A stretch of DNA of 64,000 nt from Lachnospiraceae bacterium (GTDB taxonomy: Bacteria > Bacillota > Clostridia > Lachnospirales > Lachnospiraceae), in NCBI GenBank assembly GCA_015056735.1, contig SVFT01000002.1:100432-164431 (forward strand). Direction: 5' to 3'. Position numbers and translations under genes: made by a program. Below the pieces are notes generated by a model. It had not been told where the DNA came from and made no database searches. It saw only the letters and a program-made list of their open reading frames with translations. This document shows positions 55,361 to 64,000 of this stretch, piece by piece; the stretch's first letter is position 1, and the number at the start of each line of letters is the position of its first letter.

Positions 55361-57066
55361 TGAAGCTGACACGTAAAAAGAAAAGAATATTTCTGATCCT
55401 GGCAGCGCTTGTCATTGCGATCTTTGGAGCGGTCTATACGCTGATGACGCGCGGCGAGAAGGAAGAAGAAAGATATATCTATAAAGAGACTAGGGTCGAA
55501 CACGGCGTTCTGATGCAGGGCATTCAGGAAAGCGGAAGTGTGACGCTCACGTACAAATCGCAGAAATGTGACGTTGAAATCAATGCGGATGGCGATTCAA
55601 ATAAAAGCAGCAGTGACGATGATGACGATGACGATGAAGACAAAACGCTGAAGGTAGAGGAAGTCTTCGTAACGCAGGGGCAGCGTATTCATAAGGGTGA
55701 TCCAATCCTGAAGCTTACATCGCAGAGCGTGCACAGCATCAGACGTAATATCCGTGCGGACAAGGCAGATGCGGAGCTTTCCGTTACGAATCTGGAGAAT
55801 GAGCTTGAAGCGCTCAAAGTATCGGCAAAGGGTCAGTACGATACGGACGTGCAGAACGGTTCTCTTGCGCAGGAACAGCATGACATCGATACACAGCAGG
55901 TCGCGCTTGAGATCGCGGCCCTCAGGGATTCGGTATCTGTCCTTGCCAATGAGATCAAAGAGATCGAAAAGGAGCTGGAAGACGGCTGGGAGGATTACGA
56001 GGACCTGAAGGAAGACTACGAAAAGTACGAGAGACGTTACTATAACTGGGATCCGGACAATCTTTATGAATACATTCCGCTTCGGGAGAACTATATCTCT
56101 TATCGGGACAAGTATACAAAGGAAACGAGGTCCCGTGCCGATAAGCGCAAAGAGATCGAACGAAAGCAGCAGGAGCTTGCAAAGAAGCAGGCGGATATTG
56201 ACAGACTTTCCGGTCAGACGGATCGAAAGCTTCTGAATGCAAAGCAGACCTTTGATACATCGAGTCTTGCGGGAAGTATGGCATCCGATGTTTATACGTA
56301 TTCCATCCGATCCCTCGAAGAAAAGATCAAGCAGGCGAAGAAGTCTCTGGAAGAAAAAGAGGAGATCCTGACAGATTTTGACAGCTTTGTGGGAGATGAC
56401 GGCATTGTCTATGCGGAAGCCGACGGAATGATCATGGAAGTGCTTCTGATGGAAGGCGATACCGTTAAGGAAAACACAGCGATCATGAATTATACATATG
56501 ATGAGAGCTTCGCACTGTCAGTCGATGTTTCGGAAGAAGATATTGCCGGCGTGAAAGTCGGAGACAGCGTTTCTGTCGTCTTTACGGCTTATCCGGATGA
56601 GACGTTTACCGGAAGCGTCAAAGCAATCAAAACAACGGAGCCCTCCTCTGACATGGCAACGGTCAGCTTCCCTGTCACGATCTCGATCGAAGGGGATACA
56701 TCCAAGCTTTACGGTGGCATGAGCGGCAACGTCACATTTATTACAGACAGATCCGAAGAGGTCGACTATGTATCACGTAAGGCGATCGTAAAGGGCGAAG
56801 ATAAGAAGTCATATGTCTATGTTAAGAATGCCGGGGGAGAGATGGAACTCGTACCGGTCGAAACGGGCTTTACGGACGGCGTGAATGTGCAGATCGTATC
56901 CGGCCTGTCTGAGGGCGATACGGTCTATATCGCAAGCAAAGTCAGCGAGAGCGAAGCATCCTTAAAAGACGGTGAGACTTCCGGCGATATGCCCGAAGAG
57001 GATTTTAACGACATGAAGGAATTGGATAATGAAGAGATCACTTTCAGCTACGATATCGCGCCATAA
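55357..57066 (+). CDS. HlyD-family membrane-fusion protein 2, long coiled coil, poly-Asp tract
   Basis: TM, YKETRVEHGVL, LKVEEVFVTQGQRIHKGDPIL, about 225 aa of coiled coil, VYAEADGMIMEV, and C-terminal KSYVYVKN...VETGFTDGVNVQIVSGLSEGDTVYI. ATGA overlap with the upstream gene. Confidence 0.85.
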   Translation: MMKLTRKKKRIFLILAALVIAIFGAVYTLMTRGEKEEERYIYKETRVEHGVLMQGIQESGSVTLTYKSQKCDVEINADGDSNKSSSDDDDDDDEDKTLKVEEVFVTQGQRIHKGDPILKLTSQSVHSIRRNIRADKADAELSVTNLENELEALKVSAKGQYDTDVQNGSLAQEQHDIDTQQVALEIAALRDSVSVLANEIKEIEKELEDGWEDYEDLKEDYEKYERRYYNWDPDNLYEYIPLRENYISYRDKYTKETRSRADKRKEIERKQQELAKKQADIDRLSGQTDRKLLNAKQTFDTSSLAGSMASDVYTYSIRSLEEKIKQAKKSLEEKEEILTDFDSFVGDDGIVYAEADGMIMEVLLMEGDTVKENTAIMNYTYDESFALSVDVSEEDIAGVKVGDSVSVVFTAYPDETFTGSVKAIKTTEPSSDMATVSFPVTISIEGDTSKLYGGMSGNVTFITDRSEEVDYVSRKAIVKGEDKKSYVYVKNAGGEMELVPVETGFTDGVNVQIVSGLSEGDTVYIASKVSESEASLKDGETSGDMPEEDFNDMKELDNEEITFSYDIAP

Positions 57067-58648
57067 AAAAGCTTTTCTCATCACGGGATTCGTTCTGGCC
57101 TTCGCGCTTGTTGTGAGCGGGATCGGATACGGCATCTATAAGAACGGATCCGATGATGAGGGGGTCTATAAGGAGACAACAGTCGAATACGGGCCGCTTA
57201 CAGTCGGCGTGACGGAAAGCGGGACCGTAAGTGTCGGAACGGTCCAGCAGAAATTTGACCTTGATATCAGCAAATATGCTGCTGAGAACGACGGGTTTTC
57301 CGGCTGGCACGGAGGATTTGACGTAGAAGAAGCTTCTTCGAATAAGAGCGGCAGGACACTTGACGTGGAGGAAGTCTATGTGCGCATCGGGCAGCAGGTC
57401 AAGAAGGGCGATCCGATCTTTCGGGTGAGCGCGGACAGCACGGAAACGATCCGGTCGGAACTGGTTTCTGACAAAGAGAGTGCCAAAGTCACGTATGAAA
57501 AGCTCCTTGTGGAGCAAAAGAAGACGCAGCTTGAAGCCAGACAGGAATATGACAAAGATGTCACATATGGAAAAGCCGCGGATGCAGAGTATGAGGAGAC
57601 CGTCTACGAACTGCAGAAAAAGGCGGACGATATCCTGGAGGACTATACGGACGCGGTGGAAGAACTCAGCGAGATGCAGGAAGACTATGACAGGATCAAA
57701 GCCGATTATCCCAAGGCGCAGGCGTATCTGGCCGAGACCGAGGCGGCGCTGCAGCTTGACCAGACGACATACTGGAATCTGAAGAACGCATCGCTTCGAA
57801 AAACAGCCAAGGAGCGCGTGGATTCCGAAAAAGATGCGATCGAAGAATACGAAGACAAGATCGAAGAACAGAATCAGAAGCTGACACAGCTTAAAAGTGA
57901 CTATGATGAGGCGGTCAAGAATCTCGAGCTTGGCAGGGCGGAAGCCGAAAGCGCCAGAAAGAAGCGTGCATTCCGGCTTGGCAGCGCTGCGGAGATCTAC
58001 AGTATAGCGACGGATAAGATCGAGTATAATGCAAAGGTGGCGCAGGAAGATCTGGAGGATGCAGGCGAAAAGCTTGAAAAATTCGACTCCTATATCAAGG
58101 ACAATATTGTCAGTGCAGAACATGACGGTGTTGTCACAACTGTCAGCCTGCAGAAAGGCGATACCGTACAGAAAGACACGGCGGTCGTTACACTGAACAA
58201 TTATGATGATATCATTGTAAAAGTCAGTGTGGATGATGAAACGGTCAGGGATCTGAAGGTTGGCATTCCTGTCAAACTGTACTTTAATGCTGCGCCGGAC
58301 GGAGATTTTACGGGAACTGTCTCCAAGATCGGTGATTCAACGATCAAGGATAACAGCGTTACCTATGCGATCGAGATCGCCGTATCGGGGGATGTGGCGC
58401 GTCTCTACGGTGGGATGACGTCCGAAGTGACATTTGTTACAAGAGAGACAGAGGCTGTGACTTACGTATCTAACAGAGCGATCATACGTGAGGGCACAAA
58501 GAGCTACGTGAAGGTAAAAGATGCATCCGGCAGGATCACGAAGCAGGAAGTTGTAACGGGTTTTTCCGACGGAAATAATGTTGAGATCAAAGAAGGACTT
58601 ACAAAAGGAGATACGGTCCTGATCGAAAGTAAGGTAAAGAACGTATGA
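57029..58648 (+). CDS. HlyD-family membrane-fusion protein 3, long coiled coil
   Basis: Same motif order as protein 2: YKETTVEYGPL, LDVEEVYVRIGQQVKKGDPIF, SAEHDGVVTTVSLQKGD, KSYVKVKD...VVTGFSDGNNVEIKEGLTKGDTVLI. Confidence 0.85.
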   Translation: MKRSLSATISRHKKAFLITGFVLAFALVVSGIGYGIYKNGSDDEGVYKETTVEYGPLTVGVTESGTVSVGTVQQKFDLDISKYAAENDGFSGWHGGFDVEEASSNKSGRTLDVEEVYVRIGQQVKKGDPIFRVSADSTETIRSELVSDKESAKVTYEKLLVEQKKTQLEARQEYDKDVTYGKAADAEYEETVYELQKKADDILEDYTDAVEELSEMQEDYDRIKADYPKAQAYLAETEAALQLDQTTYWNLKNASLRKTAKERVDSEKDAIEEYEDKIEEQNQKLTQLKSDYDEAVKNLELGRAEAESARKKRAFRLGSAAEIYSIATDKIEYNAKVAQEDLEDAGEKLEKFDSYIKDNIVSAEHDGVVTTVSLQKGDTVQKDTAVVTLNNYDDIIVKVSVDDETVRDLKVGIPVKLYFNAAPDGDFTGTVSKIGDSTIKDNSVTYAIEIAVSGDVARLYGGMTSEVTFVTRETEAVTYVSNRAIIREGTKSYVKVKDASGRITKQEVVTGFSDGNNVEIKEGLTKGDTVLIESKVKNV

Positions 58649-59892
58649 GAATCTCTGAAATCTTAAGGCTGGTATGGCTGAACCTTGTGCAGAATAAGTC
58701 CAAGGTCATCCTGACATCCATCGGAATCGTTGCGGGAAGTGCCACGATCATGATGGTACTGGCGATCGGGCGCGGTGGACAGATGGAGGTCGCGGAACAA
58801 TTCAAGAATCTGAACGCCGGTGCCGTGGATGTTACGTACGAATCATCCGGAGGCGATGGATGGGGTGGCCCGGGCGGCTACTGGGGCTTTGGCTTCGGAC
58901 GCCATGGACGTGACCGGAATGAAGTTACGCTGAAGGAATCGGATATGGAAGATATTGCGCTTTTCGTTCCGGGGCTTTCGGATGTCACGATCTCATTTTC
59001 CACGAATGCCGATGTGGAGGGCGGTACGCTGGATGCAGCTTCCTCATACACGATCGCGGGCGTGAAGTCGAATTATGCGGACCTGAGCAATCTGACGCTG
59101 GCCATCGGAGATTTTCTTACGGAAGAAGATGAAGAGGGCAAAGACAAAGTCTGCGTGCTCGGTTCCAGAGCGGCAAAGGAGATCTTCGGATCGGCATACG
59201 ATGCCTATGACGGGACCGTCTATATTGACAGCAGGCCGTATAATGTCGTGGGCGTGATCGGTGAGATGGGGACGGTCGCATCCGGGATCAGCCCGGATGA
59301 AGCGATCTTTATTCCGTATGCAACGGGTATCAAATACCTGACAGGGTCCGACGTGAGCCCGACGCTTACCGCGATCGCTGAGGATGTAGATAATGTGCAG
59401 ATCATTAAGGAATATATCGCGGATACACTTGCAGGCACATATCCGAATGCGGAATTTGAGATCTCGGATGCGGGATCGAAGATGGAAGCTGCATCCAAGT
59501 CCAACGAGACCTTGCAGCTGCTTCTGATCGCAATGGCGTCGATCGTTTTCTTCGTCGGCGGTATCGGTATTATGAACGTTCTGTTCGTATCCGTTAAGGA
59601 ACGGACGAATGAGATCGGTATCTTAAAGGCGATCGGCTGCAGCAGGAAAGATATTCTGACAGAGTTTTTGCTGGAGGCAGCCTGCATCAGTCTGGTCGGC
59701 GCGATCCTCGGTGTATTGTTCGGACTTTGTATCACGCCGATCATTGAGAGCTTTTCGGTGCGTGTGGAGCTGACGGTGAGCGGTGCGATCCTCTCGCTCC
59801 TGTTCGGTGTTCTGACGGGCAGTCTCTTTGGTTTCTATCCGGCATACAAGGCATCGACACTGATCCCGGTCGTTGCATTGAATCAGGAGTAA
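58645..59892 (+). CDS. MacB-type ABC transporter permease (MacB_PCD plus FtsX)
   Basis: TM1, a large extracytoplasmic domain, then three TM helices with FVGGIGIMNVLFVSVKERTNEIGILKAIG. ATGA overlap with the upstream gene. Confidence 0.9.
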   Translation: MRISEILRLVWLNLVQNKSKVILTSIGIVAGSATIMMVLAIGRGGQMEVAEQFKNLNAGAVDVTYESSGGDGWGGPGGYWGFGFGRHGRDRNEVTLKESDMEDIALFVPGLSDVTISFSTNADVEGGTLDAASSYTIAGVKSNYADLSNLTLAIGDFLTEEDEEGKDKVCVLGSRAAKEIFGSAYDAYDGTVYIDSRPYNVVGVIGEMGTVASGISPDEAIFIPYATGIKYLTGSDVSPTLTAIAEDVDNVQIIKEYIADTLAGTYPNAEFEISDAGSKMEAASKSNETLQLLLIAMASIVFFVGGIGIMNVLFVSVKERTNEIGILKAIGCSRKDILTEFLLEAACISLVGAILGVLFGLCITPIIESFSVRVELTVSGAILSLLFGVLTGSLFGFYPAYKASTLIPVVALNQE

Positions 59893-59899
59893 ATGTTCT

Positions 59900-60325
59900 A
59901 TGGATAATTATATTGTACAAAATAAGAAAAAAAGAAAACGGAGGGCGCTGGTCATCTTTCTGGCGTTTCTGGGCATTGCACTTCTTATTGGCGGGATCAT
60001 CTGGTATCGGAAGCGTGCCGAGGAGGCAAAAGACAATGCAAATGCGGAGTCGGCGGTGAAGCTTACAAAGGATCAGAGCTGGAAATACTATTCGATCGGT
60101 CAGATCATCGGAAACGAAGTCACGGCAACCGAGATCGATGAAGAAGGCAATGAAAAAGGCGGGGAAGAGACATTTCTGATCCCGGTCGGAACGGAAGTGA
60201 TCACGAGCATAGAGAGTGTAACGACGTTTACACGGCTTTCTGCGGGAAATGTGATCCACTGTCTGATGCAGGATACGGAAGAAGGACCCGTGATCGTCAA
60301 GATCTGGATCGCAGGAGAAGGATGA
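59900..60325 (+). CDS. small N-terminally anchored protein of unknown function
   Basis: Lys/Arg-rich start, one TM (ALVIFLAFLGIALLIGGIIW), and a beta-rich ectodomain of about 100 aa. It sits between the permease and ATPase genes. Confidence 0.55.
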   Translation: MDNYIVQNKKKRKRRALVIFLAFLGIALLIGGIIWYRKRAEEAKDNANAESAVKLTKDQSWKYYSIGQIIGNEVTATEIDEEGNEKGGEETFLIPVGTEVITSIESVTTFTRLSAGNVIHCLMQDTEEGPVIVKIWIAGEG

Positions 60326-60335
60326 CAGGAGAACC

Positions 60336-61031
60336 ATGAACGAAGAATATCTGATCTCAATGCATCATATGAATAAAGGATATATGCTTGGCGAGGAGAA
60401 GGTGCCGGTGTTGAAGGACATCAACTTTCAGGTAAAGCGCGGTGAATATGTTGCGATCCTGGGACCTTCCGGCTCCGGCAAGACGACACTCATGAACGTC
60501 ATCGGCTGCATGGATGTGATGGACAGCGGCGAATACTATCTGGCAGGGCTCCCGATCCACGAGACGGAGGAAGAGGACCTGACGGAAGTGCGCAACCGGG
60601 AGATCGGTTTTATTTTCCAGAACTATCAGCTCATCCCGTCATACAATGTCATGCAGAACATCATCATGCCGCTTGTAATCCGTGGGATGAGCCATCGGGA
60701 AGCGGAAGAGAAAAGCATCGAGACGATCAGGATGCTCGGTCTCGGACATCGCCTCGGTCATAAGCCGAACGAGCTTTCCGGCGGACAGAAGCAGCGTGTG
60801 TCGATCGCCCGTGCGCTTGTCGGGCAGCCGGCGCTTCTTTTGGCGGATGAGCCGACCGGCGCCCTCGATCAGTCGAGCGGAAAAGATGTGCTTCGGCTTT
60901 TCGGCGAGCTGAACGATATGGGGCATACGATCGTTATGATCACGCACGATCTGACCGTTGCAAAGGCCGCAAAACGCATCGTTCACATTATTGACGGCGT
61001 TCTTTCCGAAGAAAACAAAAAAGATACTTGA
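60336..61031 (+). CDS. ABC transporter ATP-binding protein (MacB/LolD-type)
   Basis: [24 protein letters not shown] and [12 protein letters not shown]. Confidence 0.9.
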   Translation: MNEEYLISMHHMNKGYMLGEEKVPVLKDINFQVKRGEYVAILGPSGSGKTTLMNVIGCMDVMDSGEYYLAGLPIHETEEEDLTEVRNREIGFIFQNYQLIPSYNVMQNIIMPLVIRGMSHREAEEKSIETIRMLGLGHRLGHKPNELSGGQKQRVSIARALVGQPALLLADEPTGALDQSSGKDVLRLFGELNDMGHTIVMITHDLTVAKAAKRIVHIIDGVLSEENKKDT

Positions 61032-61099
61032 GAAATTCTGTATAATTTGGTACTCTAGATATTGTCGTAGAAAACGATTTCGAATTTGGGGGATGCAAA

Positions 61100-61684
61100 A
61101 TGCAGCTTTTGGAGGATCGGATCCGCAAAGACGGGTTGGTCAAAGAAGGAAATGTACTGAAGGTTGATAACTTCCTGAACCACCAGATGGATATTGAACT
61201 GTTCAATGAGATGGGCAAGGAATTCAGACGCCTTTTCCCGCAGAAACAGATCAATAAGATCCTGACCATTGAAGCTTCCGGAATCGGAATCGCCTGCGTG
61301 GCGGCACAGTATTTTCATGTTCCCGTTGTGTTTGCAAAGAAGTCACAGAGTATCAACATTGACGGTAGCGTTTATTCCACCAAGATCGAATCGTTTACGC
61401 ATAAGCGTGTATATGACGTGATCGTTTCCAAGAAATATATCGGCAAAGAGGATCATGTACTGATCATTGATGATTTTCTTGCAAACGGCTGTGCAGTGAA
61501 CGGTCTGATCGAACTTGTGCAGAGCGCCGGCGCGACGGTAGAAGGCGTCGGGATCGCGATCGAGAAGGGCTTTCAGGAAGGCGGCAAGATCCTTCGAAGC
61601 AAAGGGCTTCATGTGGAGTCGCTTGCGATCGTAGACAGCATGGATGCTGCAACAGGTGAGATCGTTTTCAGATCACAGAAATAG
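61100..61684 (+). CDS. xpt: xanthine phosphoribosyltransferase
   Basis: [28 protein letters not shown] and [11 protein letters not shown] (PRPP motif) parallel B. subtilis Xpt. Confidence 0.88.
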   Translation: MQLLEDRIRKDGLVKEGNVLKVDNFLNHQMDIELFNEMGKEFRRLFPQKQINKILTIEASGIGIACVAAQYFHVPVVFAKKSQSINIDGSVYSTKIESFTHKRVYDVIVSKKYIGKEDHVLIIDDFLANGCAVNGLIELVQSAGATVEGVGIAIEKGFQEGGKILRSKGLHVESLAIVDSMDAATGEIVFRSQK

Positions 61685-61687
61685 ACT

Positions 61688-62263
61688 ATGGGCAATCGAA
61701 CGAACACAAAAGAGCGATTGGCGGAAAGCTTTAAGAAGCTGGCCAAGAGACAATCGATCGAAAAGATGACCATTCGTGAGATCACGGATGATGCCGGTGT
61801 GCTCCGCTCTACGTTCTATCGCCATTTTCAGGATAAGTACCAGCTGCTCGAGCACATCTACAGAACGGAAGTGCTGGGACCGGCAGCACCGCTCATTGAG
61901 AATGAGATGCTGACGGAAGCGGTCGTTCTGATCTTTATCAGGATGCTGCAGGACAGAGAGTTCTACGGCAGGGTGTACCGCTTGGAAGGGCAGAATTCAT
62001 TTGAAAGTATCGTAACGGCATGCCTGAAGCAGATAATGCTTACATTCATCCGGACACATTCCGAGAACAGGATCGCGCGTCATGAGCTGATGAGTACGGA
62101 AATGCTTGCCGATTACTATTCCAAGCTTTGGACCGCTTTCATCCTCTCCTGGATGGAAGACGGCATGAAGACATCACCCCGTGAGATGGGGGAGATCTTC
62201 GAATATCTGACCGGCAGATCGCTGATTCAGATCTTACGGGAGATGGAAGTCCGTGTGGAATAG
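61688..62263 (+). CDS. TetR/AcrR family transcriptional regulator
   Basis: MTIREITDDAGVLRSTFYRHFQDKYQLLE N-terminal HTH. Confidence 0.85.
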   Translation: MGNRTNTKERLAESFKKLAKRQSIEKMTIREITDDAGVLRSTFYRHFQDKYQLLEHIYRTEVLGPAAPLIENEMLTEAVVLIFIRMLQDREFYGRVYRLEGQNSFESIVTACLKQIMLTFIRTHSENRIARHELMSTEMLADYYSKLWTAFILSWMEDGMKTSPREMGEIFEYLTGRSLIQILREMEVRVE

Positions 62264-62316
62264 CACATGACTTACCATATAATATCGCATTTCATCTAAG
62301 CCTAAATACATATAGC

Positions 62317-62348
62317 AAAGCCCCTTGTCACTTGTGACAGGGGGCTTT
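62317..62348. terminator. bidirectional terminator hairpin between convergent genes
   Basis: AAAGCCCCTTGTCAC-TTG-TGACAGGGGGCTTT, with A/T runs on both sides. Confidence 0.7.
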
Positions 62349-62369
62349 GTCGTTGCCTTTATGATCTTC

Positions 62370-64000
62370 TTACTGAGCAGGCGGGGCCGCACCTGGATCA
62401 GGTGCCGGCGCCGCATTGGGATCTGCCGGCGGGACCAGTCCCGCAGCGATCTGCATCTCAAGCGACTGCTGCTGTACGATGGCTTCCGCATTGGGCTGCG
62501 CATAGAACAGAGCATCATGCGGACATTTCTGATAATGTGATTCGGCTTCTTCCTCCGGTGTCTTCGGAGTCTCGCCTTCGGCGGGTTTTGGTGTGTAGGA
62601 AGAGTAGTCATCTGTCAGAAGCTCCAGTGTACCCGGCACTTTGAACGGACACTCATCGCTTGCCGGAAGCATGCTGTAAGCACAGACCATACCGGAGTAG
62701 TGGAGGTTACAGCTTTCGGAAGGAACCGTATCCTGTGCGAAGATCTCGCTCTTTAAGTACTGGTCGCAGATACCGGAAATGGGTACCTTGCCGGAACGGC
62801 TGCAGACAGTCGCACTGACGATACCGGCTGGCCGTGTGAACGATTCATACGGAAGATCCTCGTGGATCCTGGCCATGACCGCACGCCAGATCTTTTTTGC
62901 AAGGTTCTTTTCTTCGCCTGCAAGCTTGGCATTGTTGTCAAAGCCTGCCCACGTTGTTGCTGTATAGTAAGGCGTGTAGCCTGCAAACCACACATCGTTG
63001 TAATCGGATGTCGTACCGGTCTTGCCGGCGATCGCCATGTTACCGAAATTGCAGGATGTACCCGTACCTGCCGTGACAACGTCCATCATGGCGTCTGTCA
63101 GAAGGTATGCGGTCGTCTCTTTTAATACCTGATGGGAAGGCGGCTTCGTATTGTCCAGGATCACATTTCCGTCATGGTCTGTAACTTTGGTATAAAGCGT
63201 CGGCTTAATATACGTTCCGTGATTTGCGATCGCAGCGTAGGCCGCGTTCAGTTCTTTGTTGGTGACGCCTTTTGTGATACCGCCGAGTGCCAGAGACTGC
63301 TGGATATCGGAATAGATCTGTCCGCCGATCTCCATACGGTCAACAAGCGTGGTGAAACCGAAGTTGATCAGGTAATCGTATCCGAGCTGCGGTGTGATCT
63401 GCGTCAGCGTCTTGACGGTGACGATGTTCAGGGAATCGCGGATACCGTCACGCAGAGAGCAGAGTCCTCTGTAGCCGCCGGAATACCAGTTGGATACGGG
63501 ACGGCCGTTTGCATATTTGAACGGGGCGTCATTCTGCACATCCGCAAGCGTCAGACCGGCGCTGTCAAGCGCAGGTGCATACGTCGAAACGATCTTGAAA
63601 GTGGAACCGGGCTGACGCATCGTATCGGTCGCACGGTTCAGTGTACGGGATGCTTCCTTGGCACCGCGGCCGCCTTCCATAGCGACTACGTAACCGGTGC
63701 TCTGATCCTGTACCGTCAGAGATACCTGGGGCTGAGGCGTCAGCGAGATTTTTTCCGCGACTTCTTCATCGCCCGGCTTCATAACGGCTTCTTTATACTG
63801 CGCGATCGCCTCATCCGCCGCTTCCTTGGAAGCAAAAAGCATATTGAAATTTGCTTTATCCTTTTTAAAGAAGGCCTTGAACATTTCGGAACTGAAATTC
63901 TCGCGGTCGCCGTTATCGTGCTCGACCGTAAGCTCGTATTTCAGATACCACTTTGTATCGGCCGGATAGTTTTCTTCGTTGGAGAAAACTTCGTCCGCGA
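62370..64000 (-). CDS. penicillin-binding protein 1A family, C-terminal (transpeptidase) part; gene continues beyond the window
   Basis: RQPGSTFK (SxxK), SLN and KTGTT motifs, with a Pro/Ala-rich C-terminal tail. The reading frame stays open upstream of the listed Met at 63884 through position 64000. Confidence 0.85.
   Translation of the reverse strand, partial: ADEVFSNEENYPADTKWYLKYELTVEHDNGDRENFSSEMFKAFFKKDKANFNMLFASKEAADEAIAQYKEAVMKPGDEEVAEKISLTPQPQVSLTVQDQSTGYVVAMEGGRGAKEASRTLNRATDTMRQPGSTFKIVSTYAPALDSAGLTLADVQNDAPFKYANGRPVSNWYSGGYRGLCSLRDGIRDSLNIVTVKTLTQITPQLGYDYLINFGFTTLVDRMEIGGQIYSDIQQSLALGGITKGVTNKELNAAYAAIANHGTYIKPTLYTKVTDHDGNVILDNTKPPSHQVLKETTAYLLTDAMMDVVTAGTGTSCNFGNMAIAGKTGTTSDYNDVWFAGYTPYYTATTWAGFDNNAKLAGEEKNLAKKIWRAVMARIHEDLPYESFTRPAGIVSATVCSRSGKVPISGICDQYLKSEIFAQDTVPSESCNLHYSGMVCAYSMLPASDECPFKVPGTLELLTDDYSSYTPKPAEGETPKTPEEEAESHYQKCPHDALFYAQPNAEAIVQQQSLEMQIAAGLVPPADPNAAPAPDPGAAPPAQ

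Noticed and set aside
57044-58123. 359-aa ORF antisense to membrane-fusion protein 3.
   Set aside because: It is produced by the GAA/AAG-rich coiled-coil coding sequence on the other strand. The translation is low-complexity and Leu/Phe-rich, and it has no RBS.
58840-58925. Gly/Trp-rich insert (GGDGWGGPGGYWGFGFGRHGRDRNE) after TM1 of the MacB permease, and the Gly/Pro tail of adaptor 1 (55290-55357), as a possible novel interaction motif.
   Set aside because: From memory, Gly-rich low-complexity linkers at this position are common in Gram-positive FtsX/MacB-type permeases. There is no sequence-level evidence that the two tracts are related.
61032-61099. Looked for a purine riboswitch upstream of xpt. 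I also looked for T-box or riboswitch leaders upstream of brnQ (3673-3703) and the arg genes.
   Set aside because: The spacers are too short or lack the conserved cores. None is reported as an RNA feature.
1-64000. Scan for CRISPR arrays, tRNA/rRNA genes, prophage structural genes, tyrosine integrases, reverse transcriptases (YxDD) and IS transposases.
   Set aside because: I saw no regularly spaced short direct repeats, cloverleaf-like sequences or matching protein motifs. The only recombinase is the small serine recombinase at 7127-7753.

Overview
This 64-kb segment reads like a Clostridia (Lachnospiraceae-like) Firmicute chromosome. Core genes are roughly 55-60% GC by hand counts, and the window has Gram-positive lipoboxes, DegV, GerMN and a SpoVB/MurJ-like flippase. 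I support about 58 protein genes and found no rRNA, tRNA or CRISPR array.

Core content:
- Metabolism and housekeeping: an arginine biosynthesis cluster (argG divergent from argC...argJBD), fba, clpB behind a perfect CIRCE operator, xpt, and a partial PBP1A gene.
- Signalling: a hybrid histidine kinase, a YesM/YesN-type and a WalRK-like two-component system, an Hpt protein with an atypical receiver, an MCP, and three GGDEF proteins.
- Transport: brnQ, a TRAP system, a polar amino-acid ABC system, two MATE pumps, and two orphan solute-binding proteins.

Four things stand out:
1. A low-GC cassette of about 3.5 kb (5249-8778) sits between two convergent core genes. It is bracketed by two inverted ~190-bp structured palindromes whose outer 52 nt are identical. 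It carries a small serine recombinase, a VapD (Cas2-fold) gene translationally coupled to an unknown 97-aa ORF, an XRE regulator, an orphan 199-aa protein and a zinc-ribbon membrane protein. This is my best candidate for an undescribed mobile or defence-type system.
2. A family of ~180-190-bp palindromic elements shares a conserved asymmetric apex containing GCGAAGC, with compensatory arm changes between copies.
3. A translationally coupled six-gene locus (53726-61031) has three paralogous, very long coiled-coil HlyD-type adaptor proteins plus a MacB-type permease, a small anchored protein and an ATPase.
4. A shared 13-bp palindrome (TGYATAWTATGCA) lies just upstream of the -35 of both argC and the amino-acid ABC operon, suggesting a common ArgR-type regulon.

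All calls come from reading the translations and the DNA by eye. No database search was possible.
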